34,787 nucleotides of DNA, from NCBI GenBank assembly GCA_035623825.1, contig DASPSR010000015.1, forward strand, positions 1 through 34,787. The letters are read 5' to 3'. The notes below the pieces were generated by a model. The model was given only the letters and a program-made list of their open reading frames with translations, searched no databases and was not told where the DNA came from. This document shows, piece after piece, positions 1 through 11,405 of this stretch. This DNA comes from Nitrospirota bacterium. Its GTDB lineage: Bacteria > Nitrospirota > UBA9217. How positions within the stretch are numbered: position 1 is the first letter of the stretch; each line of letters begins with the position of its first letter. A program made the position numbers and the translations under genes.

Positions 1-1193
1 AGCACGACAAGTATCTCCTCGCGGTGACGCTTACGAGGATCATGTTCCCGTACCTTTTCTTCATCGGCCTTGCAGCGCTGGCCATGGGGGTGCTGTACTC
101 TATCCGGTCTTTTTTGGCACCCGCACTCTCGCCTGTCATGCTGAATGTGGTGACAATCACGGCGGTGGCGCTAAGCCTGAAATTCCTTCCCCAGCCCATA
201 CTTGGGGTAGCCGTTGGTGTTGTCCTCGGCGGGTTGTTCCAGTTTCTTATCCAGATGCCGGGGCTCAGGAAGCAGGGGATGCTGATGTGGCCCCAGCTTA
301 AACCAACGCACCCCGGGGTAAAGAAGGTTGGCCTTCTTGCCCTTCCGGTCTTTATGATCTCTTCGGTGAACCAGGTGAACATCTTCATCGGTACCATCTT
401 CGCGTCGTTCCTCGCTACCGGAAGCATTACCTACCTGTATTACGGCATGCGTTTCATACATTTTCCGCTCGGCATCTTCGGTATCGCCATCTCTACGGCC
501 GTGCTACCGACCATGTCTGCCCAGGCCGCGAGGCGTGAGACCGAGGCGTTCCGCGAGACCCTGTCCCTGGGCCTCAGGCTTGTATTCTTTATCATGTTCC
601 CGGCCATGGCCGGGCTCATAACGCTGAGGTTGCCGATCGTGAAACTTTTGCTCGAACACGGGCATTTCGATCGCATTTCGACGGCAGGCACGGCCGCGGC
701 CCTCATGTATTATGCCGTTGGACTCTGGGCATTCGCCGGTGTACGCATTGTGGCCCAGGCGTTCTATGCGCTCCAGGACACCAAAACCCCGGTCAAGATC
801 GCGATCCTGGCAGTCACCACGAACATCCTGTTCAGCTCGGTATTCATCCTCTGGACGCCACTCGATCATGGCGGATTGGCGCTTGCCACGTCGCTTGCGT
901 CCATGCTGAATATTATTCTCCTGACTATCCAGCTTAGAAAAAAGATCGGAAGGATCGACGCCCGGCGGATCCTGGTATCGCTCCTCAAGATCGTTCCCGC
1001 GTCCTTTGCAATGGGGGTGATTGGCTGGCAGATCAGCCGAAATCCGGTTTGGGATTTAAGCGGTAACACCTTGCACAAGATCGGACTTCTCTGCGGCGGC
1101 ATGGTTATTAGCTTGCTTTTCTATATCGTCACCATGTGGATTTTGAGGAGTGAAGAGCTTAAGTTCATATGGGGGCTGGTGAGGAGAAAATGA
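1..1193 (+). CDS. murJ: Lipid II flippase MurJ (MviN), 5' truncated by the window edge
   Basis: Frame is open from the window start. Multi-TM protein with MurJ-like motifs RIMFPY, YLYYGMRFIHFPLGIFG, AFYALQDTKTP and GLALATS. Confidence 0.95.
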   Translation, partial: HDKYLLAVTLTRIMFPYLFFIGLAALAMGVLYSIRSFLAPALSPVMLNVVTITAVALSLKFLPQPILGVAVGVVLGGLFQFLIQMPGLRKQGMLMWPQLKPTHPGVKKVGLLALPVFMISSVNQVNIFIGTIFASFLATGSITYLYYGMRFIHFPLGIFGIAISTAVLPTMSAQAARRETEAFRETLSLGLRLVFFIMFPAMAGLITLRLPIVKLLLEHGHFDRISTAGTAAALMYYAVGLWAFAGVRIVAQAFYALQDTKTPVKIAILAVTTNILFSSVFILWTPLDHGGLALATSLASMLNIILLTIQLRKKIGRIDARRILVSLLKIVPASFAMGVIGWQISRNPVWDLSGNTLHKIGLLCGGMVISLLFYIVTMWILRSEELKFIWGLVRRK

Positions 1194-1491
1194 CAGGATG
1201 ACGTGTACGGTTCATGGGACATGAGGGAGGCGTCAAGAGCATAATTTGATCACTTTCCGATTCTTTACTCTGTTGAGCAGGAGTGTCCGTACGATATACG
1301 AGGTCACGGTGCTATTGAAAGACGAGGAAGGCTGACGCGGAAAAATCAAGGGAAGTCAACTCGGACCACATGGATTGATACATTGTCAGGCGAACATGCC
1401 TTCGTTTCAGCTTTTTCTTGATATTCAGGTTGTTCGTGAGCTTTGTGTGTAAAGACCCCATTCGTGGTTCTTCAGGAAAAGGACAAATAAC

Positions 1492-2130
1492 ATGATCCTC
1501 ATTCGACTCATCGTGGGCCCGCTCCAAGTGAACTGCTTCATTCTCGCTGACGAGAAGACCAGGGACGCCGTGGTTATCGACCCTGGCGACGATGCAGCAG
1601 ATATCCTTAAGATCATCAGGGACAAGGACCTCAGCGTAAAATATATTGTAAATACCCACGGCCATTTCGACCACATCGGCGCGAACAAGGCCATAAAAGA
1701 AGCCACTGGTGCCGAGCTGCTCATCCATGAAGGGGACGCGCCGGTGCTCGCATCTGCGGCGCAGCATTCAAGGGCCTTTGGCATGGGTCCCGTGTCCTCG
1801 CCGCCCGCAGACCGGTACCTAAAGCATGGGGACATGATTACCGCAGGCGAGATATCGCTCAGGGTCCTGCATACACCCGGCCATTCGCCGGGAGGTATCT
1901 GCCTGCTCGAAGAGGGTATGGTATTCACCGGTGACGCACTTTTCGCCGGATCCATCGGGAGGACTGACCTGCCCGGGGGGGATCTCATGACCTTACTCGA
2001 CTCTATCAGGACAAACCTTATGAACCTGCCGGACGACACCAGGGTCTTTTCCGGACACGGCCCCGCCTCCACGATAGGGGATGAGCGAAGGGAGAATCCA
2101 TTTCTGAACGCAGAATCAGGGTTTGAATAA
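1492..2130 (+). CDS. MBL-fold metallo-hydrolase (glyoxalase II/YcbL-like)
   Basis: THGHFDH (HxHxDH), TPGHSPG, FTGDALF, GRTDLPGG and GHG motifs; SD AAGGA upstream. Confidence 0.93.
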   Translation: MILIRLIVGPLQVNCFILADEKTRDAVVIDPGDDAADILKIIRDKDLSVKYIVNTHGHFDHIGANKAIKEATGAELLIHEGDAPVLASAAQHSRAFGMGPVSSPPADRYLKHGDMITAGEISLRVLHTPGHSPGGICLLEEGMVFTGDALFAGSIGRTDLPGGDLMTLLDSIRTNLMNLPDDTRVFSGHGPASTIGDERRENPFLNAESGFE

Positions 2131-2141
2131 ACAGCTTCCCC

Positions 2142-2170
2142 TTGAGGTTTTTGGGCAGGTGTGGTAGAGT
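2142..2170 (+). promoter_or_regulatory. Sigma70-type promoter for guaB
   Basis: TTGAGG-N17-TAGAGT with extended -10 TG. Confidence 0.55.
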
Positions 2171-2225
2171 ATTAGATTCAAGATCGTGACAGCATCGCGT
2201 ACCATACACAAAATTTTCATACTGA

Positions 2226-3698
<1,473 letters not shown>

Positions 3699-3906
3699 AC
3701 TCGGGGACGGAATAGAAGATAAGAGGGATGTTTAGAAAGGGCAGCGGCAGGCCTTCGTGTCGGGTTAGGGATCGGCATCAAATAATAGGCGACGATATCC
3801 AAAGCAATGATGATTAATCAATCGAGGTCAACCATTCAGAGTCCCTTTTTTGAATTCAAAGTCTACGCAAGTTTGGAATATTGGCGCTTGAAAGTTATCA
3901 GCAACC

Positions 3907-4092
3907 ATGTCAAAAATCACGAGAATCGATAAAGCCCAAAGGGCGAATGCCAAAAAAGCGGCGGACGCCCACAGCCCTGAAGGCTTCAGCGCCTGTAGTC
4001 AGGACATGACCATCTGCGGAGATTGCGAAGGGAACAGGGCGAAGAAAAAATGTCCCCGGCTCAAAGAGTGGGTGGCGAAGAGAGTAGGATGA
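3907..4092 (+). CDS. Small basic hypothetical protein with 4 Cys (C-x6-CxxC-x8-C), possibly metal-binding
   Basis: 61-aa ORF in a 590-bp gap; Cys spacing is suggestive; no SD. Confidence 0.45.
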   Translation: MSKITRIDKAQRANAKKAADAHSPEGFSACSQDMTICGDCEGNRAKKKCPRLKEWVAKRVG

Positions 4093-4252
4093 CGCCCGAA
4101 GTATGGCTGCCCTGAACCTTCTCAATCTAAAACCAGAAGTCATAGAAAGACCATTCTTGAGACACGTATCGACCAACCATAACGCCGGCCGTACTCCTTT
4201 TTAAACTGATTATCAAACAAGTGTAATCTGGCCGCATGGTAACCAGTCGCGA

Positions 4253-4281
4253 TTGTATTTCCCCTGATTTGTCGGTATAAT
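4253..4281 (+). promoter_or_regulatory. Sigma70 promoter immediately upstream of the rluB start (leaderless geometry)
   Basis: TTGTAT-N17-TATAAT, then 8 nt to ATG 4290; no SD. Confidence 0.7.
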
Positions 4282-4289
4282 GAAAAATT

Positions 4290-5072
4290 ATGCAAGAACG
4301 ATTGCAAAAAATCATGTCTGCCGCAGGGGCGGCGTCGCGCCGTGCCGCCGAGGAGCTTATTCTGCAAGGCAGGGTGCGCGTCAACGGCAAGGTTGTGACC
4401 GAACTCGGAACCAAGGCCGACCCCAGCAAGGATCATATCAAGGTCGATGGCAAGCTCATCAATCCCAAGCAGCCTCAGACGTATATCATGCTGAACAAGC
4501 CCGCTGGGTATGTCACGACGATGTCCGACCCCGAGGGGCGACCCACGGTACAGGACCTCCTGAAAGGGATCAAGGTACGCGTCTATCCGGTCGGTCGTCT
4601 CGATTACAATACTGAAGGCATGTTGCTCATGACAAATGACGGAGACTTCGCGCACCTGATAACGCATCCGAGCCACGAGTTGCCGAAGACATATCTTGCG
4701 AAGGTCAGAGGTGTGCTCGACGACAAAACAGTGCATGAACTCGAAAAGGGCGTATTCCTCGAAGACGGAAAGACCGCACCTGCAAAGGTTAAAAAGGTCC
4801 GCAAAGAAGAGACGAACTCCTGGGTCGAGATCACCATCCGCGAGGGCAGGAAACGTCAGGTCCGGCGCATGTTCGATCGGGTGGGGCGTTCGGTTATCAG
4901 GCTCAAGAGAATCAGGACCGGCAACATCTCACTGGGCGATCTCCCCGAAGGGCAATACCGCCACCTGACCCCTGCGGAGGTCAGGGCGTTAAAGGGAACC
5001 TTCAGGAAAACAGATGCCGGAGAGGCAAAAGCGCAAAAATCAGAAGATAAAAGTCGAAAGAAAGCAGGCTAG
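4290..5072 (+). CDS. rluB: rRNA pseudouridine synthase, RsuA/RluB family
   Basis: N-terminal S4 domain (ERLQK..SRRAAEELI..GRVRVNG), LNKPAG, catalytic VGRLD and EGRKRQVRRM. Confidence 0.92.
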   Translation: MQERLQKIMSAAGAASRRAAEELILQGRVRVNGKVVTELGTKADPSKDHIKVDGKLINPKQPQTYIMLNKPAGYVTTMSDPEGRPTVQDLLKGIKVRVYPVGRLDYNTEGMLLMTNDGDFAHLITHPSHELPKTYLAKVRGVLDDKTVHELEKGVFLEDGKTAPAKVKKVRKEETNSWVEITIREGRKRQVRRMFDRVGRSVIRLKRIRTGNISLGDLPEGQYRHLTPAEVRALKGTFRKTDAGEAKAQKSEDKSRKKAG

Positions 5073-5408
5073 GGAAGCTTGCGAGCAAGGTCAAGGGTTA
5101 GGCCTGACATCGATTCTGCCAATGGAGCCGGATATGCTCATGCTGAGACCTGAGGATCCGTCGTTCCATGAATTGTTTTGCTAGGGTCAGTGTGGCATGC
5201 GGGAACCTCCACGGGAACGCCGCAGAAGGAGCGCTGTCAAGGGCGGAGCGCCTGGGCAGCAGCTGCTCGAACTGTGCAGCAATGCCGCCAGGGGCAGGGG
5301 CCGACAAAGCGACGGCTTGGCCGTTGCTGTTGGAATCCTCCGGAATCAAACCGAGGAGGAGGCAGTTGCCATCAGTCATTTGGAGCTTGTCAAAGGGGCT
5401 TTGGCTCT

Positions 5409-5693
5409 ATGGAGACTCTTCGTGCAGAGGTGATCATTCACGGGCTCGTGCAGGGCGTGTTCTTTCGGGCCAGCACCAGGGATGAGGCGGTCCGGCTCGG
5501 CGTGGGAGGATGGGTCCGGAACCTTCCGGACGGTTGCGTGCAGGCTCTCTTCGAGGGGGAAAAGAAAAAGGTCGAGGAGATCATTGGCTGGTGCCACAAG
5601 GGCCCACTTGGCGCTCGGGTGAGCAAGGTTGAGATTTTTTGGGAACCGTATCGAGGTGAATATAAGCGTTTCGAAATCCGCTATGGCAGGTAG
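5409..5693 (+). CDS. acyP: Acylphosphatase
   Basis: GLVQGVFFR and GWVRNLPDG signatures. ATG 5409 gives 94 aa, a typical size; the longer 5178 ORF start is unlikely. Confidence 0.93.
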   Translation: METLRAEVIIHGLVQGVFFRASTRDEAVRLGVGGWVRNLPDGCVQALFEGEKKKVEEIIGWCHKGPLGARVSKVEIFWEPYRGEYKRFEIRYGR

Positions 5694-6053
5694 ATACCCT
5701 TTAGTGTGTCTGGCTGTAATGACAGGCTCCTGCGTTCAGTAATGACGGGACCAAGTAAGAAGACACTCATGAGCGTCCTCTCCTGTCTCCTGCCGCTGAG
5801 AATCGCCCTCTCTTTTATCCGTGTCTACTCGGACACCCACCTTTTGGGCATTCTCTGCGCGTACCGAGATCCGAATACCAAACAGGTTATGAAAGGAGTT
5901 CATTTGTCTCTGGGGCGGTTTCTCCTTTAAAGCGCCGGTTCTCCAGGCCGAATCCCCCTGCGAGGTCTGGTGTCGTCGAGGAGGGCTTCGGAGCCGCTCA
6001 TGGAAAAACAGCAGCTTCATCATTTCAAATACTAAAGTAATTCGGGTTTTGTT

Positions 6054-6082
6054 TTGACATGATCTCATTTTTACGTTAAGGT
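6054..6082 (+). promoter_or_regulatory. Sigma70 promoter immediately upstream of the tsaB GTG (leaderless geometry)
   Basis: TTGACA-N17-TAAGGT, then 6 nt to GTG 6089; no SD. Confidence 0.65.
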
Positions 6083-6088
6083 GCTTCT

Positions 6089-6787
6089 GTGAACATCCTC
6101 GGTATCGAGACATCGACTAAGACCGGCAGCGTGGCCGTGGTCTCAGAAAACGGCGTCATCGCGCAGTACAGCCTGAACATCGAGGTGACGCACTCTGAGC
6201 GTTTGATGTCCACGATTGACCGGGTGCTCAAGGACACCGGACTTGCAGTCTCTGACCTTGTCGGCTTTGCCGTCGCCATCGGGCCTGGTTCGTTTACCGG
6301 GCTAAGGATTGGCCTGGCCACGGTCAAGGGACTTGCGCTCGCGACGGGAAATCCGGTAGCTGCCGTACCCACGCTCCAAGCGCTTGCGTGGAACCTGCCC
6401 TACGCCGCCTACCCTGTCTGTCCATTGCTCGATGCCCGCAAGAACGAGGCATATGCTGCGCTGTACCGGTTCCATGAGAAAACTCTTGTCCAGGTTCTGC
6501 CGGAGACTGTGATCCCGATCGACAGGCTCGCGAAATGGTTAAGTGAAAAAACAGTGTTCACCGGCGAGGGGTCACGAATCTACCGGGCTGATATAGAGAA
6601 GATATTCGGCGAGAGAGCGGTCTTCGCTCCTCAATCTGCAGTTCTTCCCTCCGGGGCGGCAGTTGCTGAGATCGGGCTGAACATAATAAAAAGCGGCAGG
6701 CAGACTGAGCTGGACAGCCTGGCACCTTTATATATTCGAAGACCGGAGGCCGAGGTAGCTTGGGAAAAACGGCAGAAATCAAGATAG
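6089..6787 (+). CDS. tsaB: tRNA t6A biosynthesis protein TsaB (YeaZ)
   Basis: ILGIETS, HSERLM, GPGSFTGLRIG, LDARK and PLYIR motifs. Confidence 0.96.
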   Translation: MNILGIETSTKTGSVAVVSENGVIAQYSLNIEVTHSERLMSTIDRVLKDTGLAVSDLVGFAVAIGPGSFTGLRIGLATVKGLALATGNPVAAVPTLQALAWNLPYAAYPVCPLLDARKNEAYAALYRFHEKTLVQVLPETVIPIDRLAKWLSEKTVFTGEGSRIYRADIEKIFGERAVFAPQSAVLPSGAAVAEIGLNIIKSGRQTELDSLAPLYIRRPEAEVAWEKRQKSR

Positions 6788-7266
6788 ATTTCATGAAAAA
6801 GGAAGACATCGGTCAGGTCCTCGACATAGAGCAGACTTCCTTCAGCATGCCCTGGTCAGGGAACCTCTTCCTGTCGGAGTTCCGCAGTCCTCTTGTCTCG
6901 ACCCTCATGGTCTCGCTCTCAAGCACGATGCCCAAGCGTGCGGTGACGGGCTATATCGTGTTCTGGCTGGTTCGCGATGAAATGCACATTTTGAACCTTG
7001 CCGTAGCGCCGGATTCCAGGCGTCATGGGATAGCCAGGCGCCTCGTACTTGCCGGTATCAAACACGCCCATGCAAAGGGCGCACGCAGGGCATTTCTCGA
7101 GGTACGGACCTCGAATGTCGCTGCTCAGAAGCTCTATTCCAGTCTGGGGTTTATGGGCACTTCTCTGAGGCGAGAATACTATGATTCACCGGTCGAGGAT
7201 GCAGTTATAATGACGCTCGAGCAGAAGGCATTTCTGAGTGTTGCGGAAAGGACGGGGCAAAGCTAA
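6760..7266 (+). CDS. rimI: Ribosomal protein S18 alanine N-acetyltransferase (GNAT); start may instead be ATG 6793
   Basis: IEQTSFSMPWS, HILNLAV..RRHGIA, LEVRTSN..AQKLY and YY...EDA; conserved tsaB-rimI adjacency. Confidence 0.93.
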   Translation: MGKTAEIKIDFMKKEDIGQVLDIEQTSFSMPWSGNLFLSEFRSPLVSTLMVSLSSTMPKRAVTGYIVFWLVRDEMHILNLAVAPDSRRHGIARRLVLAGIKHAHAKGARRAFLEVRTSNVAAQKLYSSLGFMGTSLRREYYDSPVEDAVIMTLEQKAFLSVAERTGQS

Positions 7267-7295
7267 CCAATTGTTTCTTTAAGCTATTTTGGTGC

Positions 7296-7324
7296 TTGCC
7301 TTTTTTAAAAAATTGTGGTAATTT
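7296..7324 (+). promoter_or_regulatory. Sigma70 promoter for the DUF465-like gene
   Basis: TTGCCT-N17-TAATTT with extended -10 TG. Confidence 0.5.
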
Positions 7325-7391
7325 TTTTAACAGGAAATATGTTCTTTTTAAAACCTTCTCATCACATTAAAGCCTAAAGGAGGGCCGCCGT

Positions 7392-7628
7392 ATGAATGTG
7401 GAGGTAAAAGAAGAGGTACTTATGGAAAAACTCAGGGTGGAGAATCCTGAGTTCCAGAAATGGGAGCAGGAACATCGGAAGCTGGAAGACACCTTGACGG
7501 GCTATGAGTCTCACCGATACCTCACTCCTGAAGAAGAGATGGAGAGGAAACGGATCCAGAAGCTGAAACTGGCGGCAAAGGACAGGATGCAGGAAATAGT
7601 CAGGCGTTCAAGAGTTGGTCAAGCCTGA
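7392..7628 (+). CDS. DUF465/YdcH-like small coiled-coil protein
   Basis: NPEF...EHRKLE...LTPEEE...KLKLAAKD pattern; strong SD AAGGAGG. Confidence 0.85.
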   Translation: MNVEVKEEVLMEKLRVENPEFQKWEQEHRKLEDTLTGYESHRYLTPEEEMERKRIQKLKLAAKDRMQEIVRRSRVGQA

Positions 7629-7635
7629 GAGCGTG

Positions 7636-7670
7636 AGGGCAAGGTAAAAAACCTTGCCTTTTGTGTTTTT
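7636..7670 (+). terminator. Intrinsic terminator
   Basis: AGGGCAAGGT-AAAAA-ACCTTGCCTT stem followed by a T-rich tract. Confidence 0.75.
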
Positions 7671-7689
7671 CCTCCTGGAAGAAAGAGAG

Positions 7690-7728
7690 AATCCCTCTTT
7701 ATACGAGAGCGTAAAGGGGGATTTTTTT
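7690..7728 (+). terminator. Second intrinsic terminator-like hairpin
   Basis: About 14-bp stem AATCCCTCTTT..ACG-AGAG-CGTAAAGGGGGATT running into a T7 tract. Confidence 0.65.
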
Positions 7729-7780
7729 ATTGACTAAAATCACCTATCTATGTTAAAAATAATGACAATCAGCTCATAGA

Positions 7781-7876
7781 AAGTCCATCTGCTGCGGTGC
7801 GCTGCGTTTTTCCCGACTGCGGTGTCCTTGACGTACGCCGCATTCGTCGGGAGGGGCGCACTCTCACTTGGGACTT
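7781..7876 (+). ncRNA. Candidate structured 5' leader RNA (long rod) upstream of ilvD
   Basis: Four nested helices read by eye: 7781-86/7871-76, 7796-7803/7855-62, 7811-17/7846-52 and 7818-25/7835-42. Confidence 0.45.
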
Positions 7877-7908
7877 GTTCTGTATCGCTAAATATCAGGA
7901 GTGTTAAC

Positions 7909-9561
7909 TTGAGAAGTGACAGGATCAAGAAGGGCCTGGAGCGCGCGGCGCACAGGTCTCTTTTGTTTGCAACGGGTATCACGAGAAGTGAGCTCGAAAA
8001 GCCCATGATCGGCATCGCAACGAGCTTTACGGATCTCATTCCGGGACATATCGGTATGCGAGACCTGGAACGATTCATCGAAAAAGGCGTGCATGCCGGT
8101 GGAGGATGGCCGCTTTTCTTTGGCCTGCCCGGCATCTGCGACGGTATCGCCATGGGCCATATGGGCATGCACTATTCACTGCCGTCCCGCGAACTCATCG
8201 CCGATATCGTTGAGTCGATTTCGATGGCCCACGCTTTCGATGGACTTGTGCTGCTCACGAATTGCGACAAAATAACACCAGGGATGCTGATGGCCGCGGC
8301 CCGCATCGACATCCCAACGATCGTGGTCACTGCAGGTCCCATGCATTCCGGCACGTACCACGGCAGCCGAGTGAACCTTATCAGTGCCTTTGAGGCCGTC
8401 GGCAAGGTCAGGAAGGGTGAGATGTCCGAGACCGATCTTGCGGAGCTTGAGGTTTGCGCCTGTCCCGGTCCCGGTTCATGCCAGGGGATGTATACGGCGA
8501 ATACCATGGCCTGCGTCACCGAATCGCTCGGCATGAGCCTGCCGGGAACTGCTACGGCACTCGCCGTTTCCGGCGAGAAGCGGCGTATCGCTTTCGAGAG
8601 CGGCAAGCGTATTACGGGCATGGTGAAAGAAGGGCTCACGCCGCGGAAGATCATGACAAAGAATGCTTTTGAAAACGCCATCCGCATAGATATGGCCCTT
8701 GGCGGGTCGACGAATACAACTCTACACATTCCAGCCATTGCACATGAGGCGGGCATCGGACTCTCGATAACGGTTTTCGACACGATTAGCAGGGAGACGC
8801 CGCACGTGTGCAACATGCTCCCTGGCGGACATCACTATCTCGAAGATCTCGACGCCGCAGGCGGCATTCCTGGCGTGCTATCGCGGTTTCAGGATATGCT
8901 CAAGGAGTCGCCAACGGTGAGCGGCAGATCGATCATCGAGCTCGCGAAGGCTGGCCGTGTGCTGAACGATGACGTGATCCGGTCACTTGACAAAGCCTAT
9001 CACAGAGAGGGGGGCATCGCAGTGCTTTCAGGCAACCTGGCGCCGGACGGCTCCGTGGTGAAGCAGACCGCGGTGAGCGATAGGATGATGAAGTTTGAAG
9101 GTACGGCGGTGGTCTTCGAATCCGAAGAAGACGCCATGTCGGCGATCCTCGCGGGGAAGATACAAGCAGGCCACGTGGTCGTTATCCGATACGAAGGACC
9201 AAAAGGCGGTCCAGGCATGCGCGAGATGCTCTCGCCTACTTCTGCTATATCGGGCATGGGGCTTGGCGATTCCGTAGTCTTGCTGACCGACGGCAGGTTC
9301 TCAGGCGGCACTCGTGGTCCCTGCATCGGACATATTTCACCGGAGGCTGCGGAAGGCGGGCCGATAGCGGTCGTACGGGACGGAGACAAGATCGCTCTCG
9401 ATATACCGAGCCGGAAACTGGAAATCAAGCTCTCCGCTGATGAGATTAAAAAACGGCTCGCAAACTGGAAGCCGCGGGAACCTAAAATCAGGAACGGCTG
9501 GCTCGCGCGTTATGCAAAAGTGGTCACTTCCGCCAATACCGGCGCGATTGTGAAAGCATGA
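7909..9561 (+). CDS. ilvD: Dihydroxy-acid dehydratase
   Basis: [42 protein letters not shown] and TDGRFSG. TTG start at 7909 follows SD AGGAG (7897-7901). Confidence 0.97.
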   Translation: MRSDRIKKGLERAAHRSLLFATGITRSELEKPMIGIATSFTDLIPGHIGMRDLERFIEKGVHAGGGWPLFFGLPGICDGIAMGHMGMHYSLPSRELIADIVESISMAHAFDGLVLLTNCDKITPGMLMAAARIDIPTIVVTAGPMHSGTYHGSRVNLISAFEAVGKVRKGEMSETDLAELEVCACPGPGSCQGMYTANTMACVTESLGMSLPGTATALAVSGEKRRIAFESGKRITGMVKEGLTPRKIMTKNAFENAIRIDMALGGSTNTTLHIPAIAHEAGIGLSITVFDTISRETPHVCNMLPGGHHYLEDLDAAGGIPGVLSRFQDMLKESPTVSGRSIIELAKAGRVLNDDVIRSLDKAYHREGGIAVLSGNLAPDGSVVKQTAVSDRMMKFEGTAVVFESEEDAMSAILAGKIQAGHVVVIRYEGPKGGPGMREMLSPTSAISGMGLGDSVVLLTDGRFSGGTRGPCIGHISPEAAEGGPIAVVRDGDKIALDIPSRKLEIKLSADEIKKRLANWKPREPKIRNGWLARYAKVVTSANTGAIVKA

Positions 9562-9600
9562 TCAAGCAGGCAAGCTTGCGATCCTGCAGAGGGTGAAAAC

Positions 9601-11340
9601 ATGTCCAATAAACAAATTACCGGAGCAGAAATTTTTCTTGAATGCCTGAAGAAGGAGAAGGTTGATACGCTCTTCTGCTATCCCGGCGGGGTCGTGCTCA
9701 AGATCTTCGACGTGCTCTATGAGCAAAAGGACATCCGCATGATTCTGCCGCGGCATGAACAGGGAGGGGTCCACATGGCTGATGGCTATGCCCGCTCAAC
9801 GGGTAAGGTCGGTGTGGCACTCGTCACTTCCGGACCGGGCGCCACGAACGTTGTCACGGCCCTTACCACGGCATACATGGATTCCATTCCGATTGTGGTC
9901 TTCACCGGACAGGTCCCCACGGCGCTCATCGGTAACGATGCGTTTCAGGAGGCGGATATCGTCGGCATTACCCGTCCCTGTACCAAGTATAATTTCCTGG
10001 TGAAGGACGTAAATGAACTCGCCAGGACAATTAAAGAGGCATTCTACCTTGCTTCAACAGGACGGCCGGGTCCCGTGCTCGTTGATTTGCCGCGTGATGT
10101 TGTGACCAGCAAATCCGAATTCCATTATCCCGAGAGGGTCGAGATCAGGAGCTACAACCCTACGGTCACCGGGAACAAATGGCAGATCAAACAGGCAGCA
10201 GAGGCGATTGCCAAGGCAAAGAAACCTGTAGCCTACATCGGCGGCGGTGTCATTCTTTCAAATGCTGCATCGGAGATCCTCGACTTCGCGGAGATCACGA
10301 AAATTCCAGTGACCCACACCCTTATGGGCATCGGCGGATTCCCCGGCACGCATCCGCTCTCGCTCGGCATGCTCGGAATGCATGGCACATACTACGCCAA
10401 TATGGCTATCCACAACTCGGATCTGATCGTAGCCATCGGCGCGCGGTTTGACGACCGGGTGACCGGCAAGGTGGAAGGGTTTGCGCCTGAGGCCAAGATA
10501 ATTCACATCGATGTAGACCCGACATCGATCAGGAAAAATGTGCGGGTGGACATCCCGATCGTCGGCGACGTAAAACATGTGATGGTGGCCCTCAACAAAG
10601 AACTCCAGCATATAAAAGAGCCTTGGGAGGCGATCCGCAAGAGCTGGCTCAAGCAGATCGAGGTGTGGCGGGAAGAACGACCGCTCGCGTACGAATATTC
10701 CGATGACGTCATCAAGCCCCAATTCGTTGTCGAAAAGCTGTACGAGATCACCGGCGGGGACGCGATCATCGTGACCGACGTAGGTCAGCATCAGATGTGG
10801 GCAGCGCAGTACTACAAATTTGACAAGCCGAGGAACTGGCTCACCTCGGGCGGTCTCGGGACCATGGGGTACGGCTTCCCGGCAGCCATCGGCGCAAAGG
10901 TGGCGCATCCGGACCGGAACGTGTTCAGTATTTCCGGAGATGGCAGCATCCAGATGAACATCCAGGAGCTTGCCACGACCATTGAGAACAACATACCGGT
11001 CAAAGTGGTGATACTCAACAACAGATACCTCGGAATGGTGCGGCAGTGGCAGGAACTGTTCTACGGTGAGCGCTACTCGTCCGTGGACCTCGGTAGCACC
11101 CCCGACTTTGTGAAGTTGGCCGAAGCCTACGGCGCCGTCGGTCTGAGGGCGGTGAAGCCCACGGAGGTAGTGCCTGTGCTCAAAGAGGCACTCAGGGTGA
11201 AGAGGACGGTGTTCATGGATTTCGTGACCGCCCGGTACGAGAAGGTTTTCCCCATGGTACCCGCAGGTGCATCGATCAATGAGATGATCTTCGGGGAAGA
11301 GAAGAAAAAGGAAGAGAAAAAGCTCAAAGCAGTGAAATAG
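9601..11340 (+). CDS. ilvB: Acetolactate synthase large subunit
   Basis: [28 protein letters not shown] and ThDP motif [14 protein letters not shown]. Confidence 0.97.
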   Translation: MSNKQITGAEIFLECLKKEKVDTLFCYPGGVVLKIFDVLYEQKDIRMILPRHEQGGVHMADGYARSTGKVGVALVTSGPGATNVVTALTTAYMDSIPIVVFTGQVPTALIGNDAFQEADIVGITRPCTKYNFLVKDVNELARTIKEAFYLASTGRPGPVLVDLPRDVVTSKSEFHYPERVEIRSYNPTVTGNKWQIKQAAEAIAKAKKPVAYIGGGVILSNAASEILDFAEITKIPVTHTLMGIGGFPGTHPLSLGMLGMHGTYYANMAIHNSDLIVAIGARFDDRVTGKVEGFAPEAKIIHIDVDPTSIRKNVRVDIPIVGDVKHVMVALNKELQHIKEPWEAIRKSWLKQIEVWREERPLAYEYSDDVIKPQFVVEKLYEITGGDAIIVTDVGQHQMWAAQYYKFDKPRNWLTSGGLGTMGYGFPAAIGAKVAHPDRNVFSISGDGSIQMNIQELATTIENNIPVKVVILNNRYLGMVRQWQELFYGERYSSVDLGSTPDFVKLAEAYGAVGLRAVKPTEVVPVLKEALRVKRTVFMDFVTARYEKVFPMVPAGASINEMIFGEEKKKEEKKLKAVK

Positions 11341-11405
11341 CATTCGGATCGCGGATTGCCACCGTAGGGGGGTATTGCAATACAACCTTACTAAGAGGAC
11401 AAACC

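Noticed and set aside
5200-5260. ZMP/ZTP riboswitch, suggested by CGCCTGGGCA at about 5249
   Set aside because: The upstream GACTGGCG element and the P3 5' arm are missing, and the downstream gene is not purine or folate related.
5694-6050. Small ORFs, or a type I toxin-like SD-sequestering stem (AAAGGAG/CTCCTTT, 5892-5928), between acyP and tsaB
   Set aside because: The ORFs lack properly spaced SDs or recognisable features, and the SD leads only to an 8-codon ORF. Evidence is insufficient.
7750-7821. Amber read-through or pyrrolysine extension of IlvD
   Set aside because: IlvD homology begins at the SD-supported TTG 7909. The extension is not protein-like, no pyl genes are seen, and an in-frame position has a 1 in 3 chance.
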